Both the position numbers and the translations under genes were made by a program. A stretch of DNA of 64,000 bases. Origin: Phascolarctobacterium succinatutens. Its GTDB lineage: Bacteria; Bacillota; Clostridia; Christensenellales; CAG-917. Positions 1-7,440 of this stretch are shown piece after piece. Under the pieces are notes generated by a model, which was given only the letters and a program-made list of their open reading frames with translations, did not search any database and was not told where the DNA came from. The stretch is taken from assembly GCA_963593735.1 (NCBI GenBank), contig CAVBBF010000003.1, positions 72-64,071 on the forward strand, read 5' to 3'. How positions within the stretch are numbered: the stretch's first letter is position 1; each line of letters opens with the position of its first letter.

Positions 1-22
1 CGCAAAATACCCTGAAAACGAC

Positions 23-62
23 TAAAAAAATAACCTAACTTGGAAATTCAAGTTAGGTTATT
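23..62 (-). terminator. Rho-independent terminator closing the tRNA operon
   Basis: Perfect 14-bp inverted repeat AATAACCTAACTTG / CAAGTTAGGTTATT (29-42 and 49-62, 6-nt loop). On the minus strand it is followed by the U-run encoded by A24-A30, directly 3' of tRNA-Glu. Confidence 0.8.
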
Positions 63-64
63 CG

Positions 65-140
65 TGGTGACCCTACCGAGGTTCGAACTCGGGTTACCGC
101 CGTGAAAGGGCGATGTCTTAGACCACTTGACCATAGGGCC
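65..140 (-). tRNA. tRNA-Glu (anticodon UUC), CCA encoded
   Basis: The reverse complement GGCCCTATGGTCAAGTGGTCTAAGACATCGCCCTTTCACGGCGGTAACCCGAGTTCGAACCTCGGTAGGGTCACCA folds as a cloverleaf. The anticodon loop is CTTTCAC and the T-loop is TTCGAAC. Confidence 0.9.
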
Positions 141-162
141 GTTTCATTTATGTGAGTTCAGA

Positions 163-239
163 TGGTGGAAGCTACAGGACTCGAACCTGTGACCCCCTGC
201 TTGTAAGGCAGATGCTCTAACCAACTGAGCTAAGCTTCC
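163..239 (-). tRNA. tRNA-Val (anticodon UAC), CCA encoded
   Basis: Reverse complement is GGAAGCTTAGCTCAGTTGGTTAGAGCATCTGCCTTACAAGCAGGGGGTCACAGGTTCGAGTCCTGTAGCTTCCACCA. The 7-bp acceptor stem is perfect, the anticodon loop is CTTACAA and the T-loop is TTCGAGT. Confidence 0.9.
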
Positions 240-242
240 GTA

Positions 243-319
243 TGGTAGCGGCGATCGGATTCGAACCAATGACCTGCCGGGTATGAACCGGCCGCTATAA
301 CCAACTAAGCTACGCCGCC
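243..319 (-). tRNA. tRNA with CAU anticodon, elongator type (Met, or Ile2 if lysidine-modified)
   Basis: Reverse complement is GGCGGCGTAGCTTAGTTGGTTATAGCGGCCGGTTCATACCCGGCAGGTCATTGGTTCGAATCCGATCGCCGCTACCA. The anticodon arm is GCCGG-TTCATAC-CCGGC. It has no C1:A72 mismatch, so it is not an initiator. Confidence 0.85.
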
Positions 320-438
320 ATATAATTTGTGTTGTGTTGCGGGGAGTGCTTTTGCACTCCGCACAACGATAGATTGCAAGTCCGGATTGGTTTCAAACCG
401 ATGTCGCGACTTCGATTCTGTCGACCCGATCTCGCATA

Positions 439-514
<76 letters not shown>

Positions 515-531
515 ATATTCAATGCTTGCTT

Positions 532-560
532 ATGATATGATAAATAAGAAAAATTGTCAA
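532..560 (-). promoter_or_regulatory. Sigma-70-type promoter of the tRNA operon
   Basis: The minus strand reads TTGACA (555-560), a 17-nt spacer, then TATCAT (532-537), about 18 nt upstream of the first tRNA. Confidence 0.6.
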
Positions 561-818
561 GCGGATTGAAAAAATAAATTCTGAAAGAGCGAAACTTTTG
601 CGCAATCGAGAGAAGTTTGCTCAAATAGCGATGTTCGAGGGGTGGAGCAACTTAAACTTTCATACTCGAAAATCGGTATTCTATTTTGAATGTCTGATTT
701 TGAAACTGCATAAAAATCGTGCTTCTATCCGCGCAAAATCGGACTTTTTTGCAGGGTGGGAAGATAATCGAACGAACGGGAATCAATTTTAATTATTTGT
801 TTTATGGGCGAAAAACGC

Positions 819-847
819 TTGCGTGCGCCCTCTCGTGCGTGTATAAT
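819..847 (+). promoter_or_regulatory. Sigma-70-type promoter
   Basis: TTGCGT (819-824), a 17-nt spacer, then TATAAT (842-847), 40 nt upstream of the ATG at 887. Confidence 0.6.
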
Positions 848-886
848 GGGTATACTATTGATTTATACTCATTATATGAGGTTGAT

Positions 887-3286
887 ATGAAGAAAAAGAA
901 ACTGATTGTCGCAACAGCACTTGTTTTGGTACTCGCCATGAGCGTGACCTTGTTTGTCGGCTGCGACGAAATCTTCAAGAAGAACGACAAGCGTGACGCC
1001 GAACAGGTTGTCGCATCCGTCACCTATGAGGGTGAATTCGGGACGCAAAAGGAAAACGTGTACAAGTTTGAGTTGGCGTCGAGTTTCAACTCTTACGCTT
1101 ACTACTACGTCAACTACTACGGTATGACCTATGAAGCCACCGCGAACTATCTTGCACAATCCCTTGCGCAACAAAAGTTGCTTGTCCTTTTTGCGAAAGA
1201 GAAGGTCGCACAACTCGAGGGCAAGACAGCCCTTCCGACAAGCATAGAGGAATTGCTTTCCGCTGCGGAAAGAAATAAGGCGATTGAAGATACGAACGAG
1301 AGTTTGCTCGATTCGCTCGTATCGACGGTTGAAAGTCTCATCACCGAGGACAACGCAAACACGACGACATCCGACACCAAGAAGGACTCCACCGAAACAA
1401 AGGTGACCGATCCAGTTTACGTCAGATTCGAGTCCAACGGCGGTTCTACGGTTGAAAAGCAAAAGATTCAAAAGGGTAGTGTTGCAACAGAACCCGACGA
1501 CCCCACCAAATCCGGTTATACTTTCTACGGCTGGTACGCCGATGAAAATCTCACCGGTGAGGAATTCGATTTTGAGAACACCGCCGTTAGCGAAACAATC
1601 ACCCTTTACGCGAAGTGGGTAGAATACGTTTCGCCGCGCACCGAACTTCCCGAAGCCGAGGAAGAGGACGATTACGACCCCGACAGCACCGAAGACGTGA
1701 AACTTGCGGACAAATTCTTCTCGGCGGAGTACAAAGCGCAGTTGCTTGACAGCACCAAAGAAGACAGCCTGTTTACAACCAAATTCCTCGAGGCGGACTT
1801 TGTGGACAACATCGTCGTTGACGAAGGCAAGACCCTTGTCTCCGTGCTTACGGATTATATCAACGAAGGTCTTTCCGAGATGGAAACCAACCTCAAAAAC
1901 AACCTTTATAAGGACAATATCGAGGATTGCTACAACTATTATCTCAATTCTCAACATCAATCTTTGCTCGTTGCAAGGCTCAAACGTATGATCGGCAACA
2001 GTGCAACCGTGACCGAGAAAGAAATCAAAGAAGAATTCGAAGCGCAAGTGGCAAAAAACAAAGAAACCTTTGCAAGCAGCGATTCTTCCTATGAATCCGC
2101 ACTCACCGGTACGCTCAGCAAAACGTACTATCATCCTCAAGCGGATCAAGGCTACGGCTTTGTTATCAACATCCTTTTCAAACTCGATTCGGAAGGAATG
2201 AAGACGCTCAACGCGATGGCAAAGAACGATCCGACCAATGTCGAAGCAATCTTGCTCACGCGCAATCGTCTTATCGCGGATATGACAGCGTACGTTTCAA
2301 ATCCGAAATACGATTCGACCGCAGTCGTTGAAGACGCAGACGGCAAGGAGATCGAATTGCGCGACCCGATGACCGACGCGAAGAACCCCTACAACAATGT
2401 GGGCGAACAAGACACGTCTTATCAAGTCGAGGGCGGCAACAACTACAACCAAATCGTTGAGTTCAAAAAAGTCGACGACAAATATCAAATCGTATACAAC
2501 GCAACAGAGCATCCTGCAATGGCATACTTGTCAAACAAGGTTTCCGTGTTCGACAAGGACGGTCAAGTCGGTTTGATCCATCAAATCCACAACAGTTTGA
2601 ACCAAGTCAAGGCGGCGGTTGGAAATGGCGACCTCACCAAAGAGGAAGGCGTTTACTGGCTTCGTGAAGTCGCAACGACGTGGGCATACCTCGTCAGCGA
2701 CGATTCGGGCGCAACGAGCAGCGACTCCAACAACAACGGACTCGGCTACCTCGTGTCCCCCGAAGGCAAGGATAGTTCCTACCTTGCAGATTTCACGACA
2801 TATGCTCGTGCGCTCGTCAAGGCAGGCACAGGCTCTTACGCAACCGAAACGACGTCCGAGGATATGTTCAAAGGCACCCTCACGAACGGTGAGTTTGCAG
2901 GCAACAACAAAGCGTTCGTCGTGGCGGACAGCCTCATCAACGGCGCAGAGAAAGCAACGTCAAGCGACAGCGCATACGCAGGCGTGTTCGTGCTTCTCAA
3001 TTCCTACACTGTTTGGGACGAGAGCAACGTAAGTTCCGACGCTTCCAAGAAAGCCGACGTGTTGGGATCTATGAGCGAAAATACGCTTCCCAGCAACTAT
3101 GTTATGACGTTCGCAAAGAAATCCTCCGACACAAAGACGCTCTATGACGTCATCTACGACACTCTCCTCGATGCCAAGAAAAACGATCTCTACAACTCCG
3201 AAGTCAACACTATGGTTGCAGAGAAGAAAGACGGAATCGAGTATTTTGATAAGGTTATCAAGCAACTTTACAAAGACTTGACCTAA
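887..3286 (+). CDS. Secreted lipoprotein with a Listeria-Bacteroides repeat (Flg_new-type) domain. The rest is of uncertain function, possibly a SurA/PrsA-N-like chaperone region.
   Basis: The ATG at 887 is preceded by GAGG (878-881). The N-terminus MKKKKLIVATALVLVLAMSVTLFVGC is a signal peptide plus lipobox. The segment VYVRFESNGGSTVEKQ...SGYTFYGWYADENL...ITLYAKW matches the Flg_new repeat pattern. The ORF-track start at 719 lies upstream of the predicted promoter, so 887 is preferred. Confidence 0.8.
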   Translation: MKKKKLIVATALVLVLAMSVTLFVGCDEIFKKNDKRDAEQVVASVTYEGEFGTQKENVYKFELASSFNSYAYYYVNYYGMTYEATANYLAQSLAQQKLLVLFAKEKVAQLEGKTALPTSIEELLSAAERNKAIEDTNESLLDSLVSTVESLITEDNANTTTSDTKKDSTETKVTDPVYVRFESNGGSTVEKQKIQKGSVATEPDDPTKSGYTFYGWYADENLTGEEFDFENTAVSETITLYAKWVEYVSPRTELPEAEEEDDYDPDSTEDVKLADKFFSAEYKAQLLDSTKEDSLFTTKFLEADFVDNIVVDEGKTLVSVLTDYINEGLSEMETNLKNNLYKDNIEDCYNYYLNSQHQSLLVARLKRMIGNSATVTEKEIKEEFEAQVAKNKETFASSDSSYESALTGTLSKTYYHPQADQGYGFVINILFKLDSEGMKTLNAMAKNDPTNVEAILLTRNRLIADMTAYVSNPKYDSTAVVEDADGKEIELRDPMTDAKNPYNNVGEQDTSYQVEGGNNYNQIVEFKKVDDKYQIVYNATEHPAMAYLSNKVSVFDKDGQVGLIHQIHNSLNQVKAAVGNGDLTKEEGVYWLREVATTWAYLVSDDSGATSSDSNNNGLGYLVSPEGKDSSYLADFTTYARALVKAGTGSYATETTSEDMFKGTLTNGEFAGNNKAFVVADSLINGAEKATSSDSAYAGVFVLLNSYTVWDESNVSSDASKKADVLGSMSENTLPSNYVMTFAKKSSDTKTLYDVIYDTLLDAKKNDLYNSEVNTMVAEKKDGIEYFDKVIKQLYKDLT

Positions 3287-3408
3287 GCGCGCTATTGAGC
3301 GAATAACTGCGGCAGAGGCATCCGCCCGACAACTCATTTACACTATGTAAATTAGGGTTGCCGTTCGGATGCCTCTTTTTTGTTCTTCATCTCAATAGTG
3401 CGCTTAGG
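3282..3408. repeat. MITE-like palindromic element, family A, copy 1
   Basis: Terminal inverted repeats are CCTAAGCGCGCTATTGAG (3282-3299) and CTCAATAGTGCGCTTAGG (3391-3408). Conserved arms are TTGAGCGAATAAC and CTTGTTCTTCATCTCAAT. The central long hairpin is CAGAGGCATCCG...CGGATGCCTCTG followed by a T-run, which probably acts as the terminator of the upstream CDS. Confidence 0.75.
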
Positions 3409-3411
3409 GAA

Positions 3412-3537
3412 CCTTAGAATAGTTGAGCGAATAACTGCGTCAGGCACGACTTGTCTCAAAATCGTGTACGTCTATGTACACTTGGTTTTGATTCAAACCG
3501 TGCCTTTCTTGTTCTTTATCTCAATAGTGCGCTTAGG
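3412..3537. repeat. MITE-like palindromic element, family A, copy 2 (tandem to copy 1)
   Basis: It has the same arms (AGTTGAGCGAATAACTGCG ... CTTGTTCTTTATCTCAATAGTGCGCTTAGG). The central stem is different (CAGGCACG...CGTGCCT) and the apex is GTGTACGTCTATGTACAC. Confidence 0.7.
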
Positions 3538-3550
3538 ATACAAAAAAATA

Positions 3551-3607
3551 CTTGGGGTGTGGGGTGTAACCCCACCCGCAATTATCAATTATTCATTATT
3601 AATTATT
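3551..3607. repeat. GC hairpin plus AT-rich box element, also present at 42603-42646
   Basis: The hairpin is GTGGGG-tgtaa-CCCCAC (3559-3575). It is followed by AATTATTCATTATTAATTATT (3587-3607), which is identical over 21 nt to 42626-42646. Confidence 0.6.
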
Positions 3608-3609
3608 CA

Positions 3610-3637
3610 TTAAAAACGGCGCACATTGCGCCGTTTC
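3610..3637 (-). terminator. Rho-independent terminator of the amidohydrolase gene
   Basis: The hairpin is AAACGGCGCA-cat-TGCGCCGTTT (3614-3636). On the minus strand it is followed by a U-run (A12-A16 of this line), 6 nt after the stop codon. Confidence 0.75.
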
Positions 3638-3642
3638 TGCCA

Positions 3643-4935
3643 TCATTTCGTGTACAAGTCCAATTCGTCTTCGACATACTTGAACTTTTTGACTTTCGGA
3701 TTGTTTATCATCTTGCCTCGCAGTGTCACCGCTTTGGGATTGCGCAATGCTTCGAGATTTTCAAGCGGATTGCCGTCGACAACCATAAAGTCTGCGGATT
3801 TGCCCTCCTCGATGGTGCCTGTTTCATCGTCTATGCCTGCGATTTTTGCATTGATTTCGGTTGCGGTGTGGATGGCAAATTCGTTGCTCACGCCGAGATA
3901 TTTTTGGAAGTAGCGAAGTTCGCGCCACATATCGTAGTGTGTGACAAACGGGCAAGCCGTGTCCGTGCCGAGCCCGACGGGGATGCCGGAGTCGAGGCAT
4001 TTTCTTGCGCAGTCGAGCATACCCTCGAACACCACTTTGCCGTTGACCTTGTGAAGGGGAGTGCCGCCCGATACTGCGAGGTCGAACATACAGAGGGGAA
4101 TTGTGGGGGATATGGTCAAAACGTGTGCGGAGCCGTTTTGTTTGAAGAGTTCGATTTCGTGTTCGCCGACGTTTGCGCCGTGTTCTATCGTGTCCACGCC
4201 GCCCTCGAGCGCAACGGTTACGCCGAGCGGACTTTCGACGTGCGCCGCAACCTTGAATCCGAGTTTGTGCGCCTCGTCACAGCACGCTTTGACGATTTCT
4301 GGGGACATACGCAATACGCCCGGTTCGCCCTCTTTCTTTGCGTCGAGGACGCCGCCGGTGATCATAAGTTTGATGAGGTCGGGATTTGTTTTGGCGATCT
4401 CGCGGACGTAGCGTCTGCCGTCCTCGGGGTCTTTTGCCTCGTACGCCAACAAGCCTGCCATATGTCCGTCTTTGACGGATACTGCCATATTCGAGGCAAG
4501 CACTCTCGGTGCTTTCAACTTGCCTTTTGCGCCGTTGTCGCGAATCCTCGAATCGATGTCGTCAAGTCCGCCCACAGTGCGGATTGTCGTCACGCCGGAC
4601 ATGAGTTCGACTTTGGCGTAACTTGCGCACAGACGGTACACGATATACTTTGTCAGCGCGTGATCCATAAGCATACGCACGGTCTTCTTGTTCTGCTTTT
4701 TCGTGTCCTTCGGCATGCCTGAGCCGGGAAGGTGAACGTGTAGGTTGATAAGCCCCGGAAGAATGTATTTTCCGTTCAAATCCACCACTTTCAAACCGTC
4801 GATTGCCTCTTTGTCGCTTGTGATTTTTGCGATTTTTCCGTCTTCGACAACAATATATTTGCCGCTTTGAACGCCGTCGTTCAATTTGCCGGAAATTATG
4901 TTCGCGTTTGCGATTGCATATTTTTTCATTTTCAC
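3643..4935 (-). CDS. Metal-dependent amidohydrolase family protein
   Basis: This is a 430-aa ORF. It has the N-terminal HxH metal motif (LINLHVHLPGSG), later His/Asp ligand regions (AAHVESP, TIEHG, GLGTDTA), and a GGAG RBS before the ATG. Confidence 0.9.
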   Translation of the reverse strand: MKMKKYAIANANIISGKLNDGVQSGKYIVVEDGKIAKITSDKEAIDGLKVVDLNGKYILPGLINLHVHLPGSGMPKDTKKQNKKTVRMLMDHALTKYIVYRLCASYAKVELMSGVTTIRTVGGLDDIDSRIRDNGAKGKLKAPRVLASNMAVSVKDGHMAGLLAYEAKDPEDGRRYVREIAKTNPDLIKLMITGGVLDAKKEGEPGVLRMSPEIVKACCDEAHKLGFKVAAHVESPLGVTVALEGGVDTIEHGANVGEHEIELFKQNGSAHVLTISPTIPLCMFDLAVSGGTPLHKVNGKVVFEGMLDCARKCLDSGIPVGLGTDTACPFVTHYDMWRELRYFQKYLGVSNEFAIHTATEINAKIAGIDDETGTIEEGKSADFMVVDGNPLENLEALRNPKAVTLRGKMINNPKVKKFKYVEDELDLYTK

Positions 4936-4985
4936 TTGCTCCGTGATATATAAAGTTTATAGTTACGATATTAATATAATACTAT

Positions 4986-5013
4986 ATTATACGACGAATT
5001 TTTCGCTCGTCAA
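4986..5013 (-). promoter_or_regulatory. Sigma-70-type promoter of the amidohydrolase gene
   Basis: The minus strand reads TTGACG (5008-5013), a 16-nt spacer, then TATAAT (4986-4991). Confidence 0.55.
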
Positions 5014-5568
5014 GCAATAGTTGACCTCAAAAAGCGAGTATTGTCAACAATAATGCCGTTGCGTGTGAAATATGTTGCGAATGAGGTTGAAATCTGTTAA
5101 AAAATAAATTTTAGTGATGAAATTACTTTTCCGACAGATTGATATGGGGAATGAATCGGAAGCGACATTTGCATCTTCATATCCGTGCTTTCTTATCCTG
5201 TTCATAGAAGCGAAGAGGACTGTTTGAAAATCGCGTCACATTGTTGTGGACAGTCTGTTTTTCAGTATCTAATTGGATAAATTTGAAAAAGCGTTGAGAA
5301 TCCGACGATTTTTATAAAGGCGTTTTCGGTGGTTTTGTCGACGCGTATGACGGAAAATATATCATTGTCGGCGGCGCAATGACCAAAGTGTGATTAAGGC
5401 GAGGATTCAATTTTGATTTCGGCAATCTAAGCGGATGTTTTTGCTTTTTGTCAGATGCCTTTTGCCGAGAGGGTTTGGTTGTATATCGAGCGGTCGGCAG
5501 GAGAGTGACAAAGCGCACGTCGAAATCGGTTTTTTATTTTTTAATGTAAAAAAATTCCTATAAAAAAA

Positions 5569-5597
5569 TTGACGACAAAATCGTAATTTTATATTAT
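5569..5597 (+). promoter_or_regulatory. Sigma-70-type promoter in front of the T4SS-like operon
   Basis: TTGACG (5569-5574), a 17-nt spacer, then TATTAT (5592-5597), embedded in an AT-rich region. It is about 120 nt upstream of the first ORF. Confidence 0.6.
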
Positions 5598-5721
5598 ATT
5601 AAAATAGTTATAGCAATATTTGACTTGAGGCGCATGCGAGTGCGTGCGTGCGATCGGCTATATTGCGGACGCTTGAGAGACTTGAGCGTAGAGAAGACAA
5701 GGACGGTCACCGAAGAAGACT

Positions 5722-7428
5722 ATGAAGCGGAAATACTTTGTGAATTGCGTTGTTTTGGCAATTATGTTGTGCCTCGTTTGTGCGGCGGTGCTTGTTTCCT
5801 GTTCTCGTGACGCAGTGGCGTCGATATCTGTGAAAGGACCGAGCGAGATTCTCGTCGGCGATTTCGACTATTCGGATTTCACGGTTGAAGTTGTTTCCGA
5901 TTCGGGAAGCAAAACGGAGATGCCTCTTGAAAAAAGTATGCTCTCGAACGAGGATAATTTGAAATTTTTTACGCAAGGAACGCACACCCTCACCGCCACA
6001 TACAGCGGAAAGACGTGCGAGTTTTCCTTGACGGTTTGCTTGCATGAATTTGTTGATTTGCATTTTGCGGACGCGGTTGCGAATGAAGACGGAACGAGCG
6101 TTATAAACACGGTGTATACGGGCAAGACCTTCACGGCGACGGTGTTTGAAAATTATCCGGAAGGCACTTCGGTTTACTATAAAAACGGCAATACGTTTGT
6201 CAATGCCGGCAGTTATGAAGTCACCGCCATTGTTTCAAGAAAGGACTATGTTACAAAGACGCTTACAGCAACGGTGAACATCGCAAAGGCAAAATACGAT
6301 ATGTCGGGCGTGAGTTTTGAAGGCGGCAGCGCGGTTTATGACGGCAAGGAACATTCGATTGCGATCTCGGGAAGTCTCCCCGACGGCGTGAGTGTGAATT
6401 ATGTCGACGAATCGGGCGTTACGGGCGCAAACAAAAAGACGAATGCAGGCGAATACTCGGTGATTGCAAGATTTTTCGGCGACAGCGTCAACTACGAGCC
6501 GATTGCCGATATGCAAGCGACGCTGACCATTCAGAAGAAAAAATACGATACATCGAAACTTGTTTTCTCTGACGACGAAGTTGTTTATGACGGCAAGGAA
6601 CACGCTCTTTCGGTTTCGGGTTGCCCCGACGGCGTGAGCGTAACTTACAAGGTCGAGAAGGCGACGAGTTTTATCGACCAAACTTACGAACCCGTTGCAA
6701 GCTCGAAAGTTTGCAATGCCGGCACTTATAAATTTACGGCGAACTTCAAATCAAACGATACGAATTATGAAACGATTGCGCCTATGGAAGCAACGCTTAA
6801 GATCGAATCGGCAGATTATGACGCAAGCGGACTTGTCCTTGTCAGCGAGGAGGTGAATTATGACGGCAAAGGGCATACCATTGCATTGCCGACATTGCCG
6901 AAAGGCTGGACTGAATATTCGCACTATTTCAAGAACGCACAGGGAGAAGACATCTATATAGACAACGACAAGAACAACGATTATGTTTCTGAAGTGTCCG
7001 ATTGCGGAACGTACACTTACATTGTGACGCTCCAATACGAAAATGCCAACTACAATTGGTTTGAACTCAGCGCAACGCTGACGATAAACAAAATCGCCTA
7101 TGACGATTCGCAATTGAAGGTGACTTGCAAGGAAAACGACGACGGCGCTATGTATGCGCAAGTGAGCGGCGTGCCGAAAGGACTTGACGGAAAAGAGTTG
7201 ACGGTCAACGTCAAATATTTCAAGTCAATGCAAGACAAGGAAGACGGCAAATATATCGAAGACACCGATAACAATCCTGCAACGAGCGTGAGTGAAGAGG
7301 GCGAATACGTCATCGTAATCGAATTCGAGCAGGACACCGTAAACTATGAAAAACTTTTGCCCATCGTGCAAAGATTCATCGCAACGAAAGATACGTCGAG
7401 CGCGGCTTCATCGACGCGGAGCGAATAA
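5722..7428 (+). CDS. Surface lipoprotein with repeated MBG-type (YDG) beta-sandwich domains
   Basis: The signal peptide plus lipobox is MKRKYFVNCVVLAIMLCLVCAAVLVSC. At least four repeats follow the pattern xVYDGKEHxI...PDGVSVxY...NAGxYxV/F...NYExIxxxxATLxIxKxxYD. Confidence 0.8.
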   Translation: MKRKYFVNCVVLAIMLCLVCAAVLVSCSRDAVASISVKGPSEILVGDFDYSDFTVEVVSDSGSKTEMPLEKSMLSNEDNLKFFTQGTHTLTATYSGKTCEFSLTVCLHEFVDLHFADAVANEDGTSVINTVYTGKTFTATVFENYPEGTSVYYKNGNTFVNAGSYEVTAIVSRKDYVTKTLTATVNIAKAKYDMSGVSFEGGSAVYDGKEHSIAISGSLPDGVSVNYVDESGVTGANKKTNAGEYSVIARFFGDSVNYEPIADMQATLTIQKKKYDTSKLVFSDDEVVYDGKEHALSVSGCPDGVSVTYKVEKATSFIDQTYEPVASSKVCNAGTYKFTANFKSNDTNYETIAPMEATLKIESADYDASGLVLVSEEVNYDGKGHTIALPTLPKGWTEYSHYFKNAQGEDIYIDNDKNNDYVSEVSDCGTYTYIVTLQYENANYNWFELSATLTINKIAYDDSQLKVTCKENDDGAMYAQVSGVPKGLDGKELTVNVKYFKSMQDKEDGKYIEDTDNNPATSVSEEGEYVIVIEFEQDTVNYEKLLPIVQRFIATKDTSSAASSTRSE

Positions 7429-7440
7429 AGGCAGGCGCAT

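Noticed and set aside
320-438. A fifth tRNA in the 119-nt spacer of the tRNA operon (a CTTGCAA loop hinted at tRNA-Cys).
   Set aside because: I could not build an acceptor stem, T-arm or anticodon stem around it. Only one strong generic hairpin is present.
872-2149. Long antisense ORFs shadowing real genes. Examples: 872-2149 (425 aa), 3451-4722 (423 aa), 15326-16804 (492 aa), 18357-19619 (420 aa), 45435-47063 (542 aa), 47380-48903 (507 aa) and 55421-56920 (499 aa).
   Set aside because: Each lies entirely inside a gene on the other strand that has unmistakable family motifs (rpoB, rpoC, secA, the amidohydrolase and others). Their translations are Arg/Val/Phe/Cys-rich with no motifs, and they lack RBS or promoter context. 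This is the typical stop-codon-poor antisense frame produced by codon bias.
5312-5518. A 68-aa minus-strand ORF in the AT-rich gap, and a 61-aa ORF at 5625-5810.
   Set aside because: They have no RBS and a low-complexity basic composition. The second overlaps the leader and start of the MBG lipoprotein gene.
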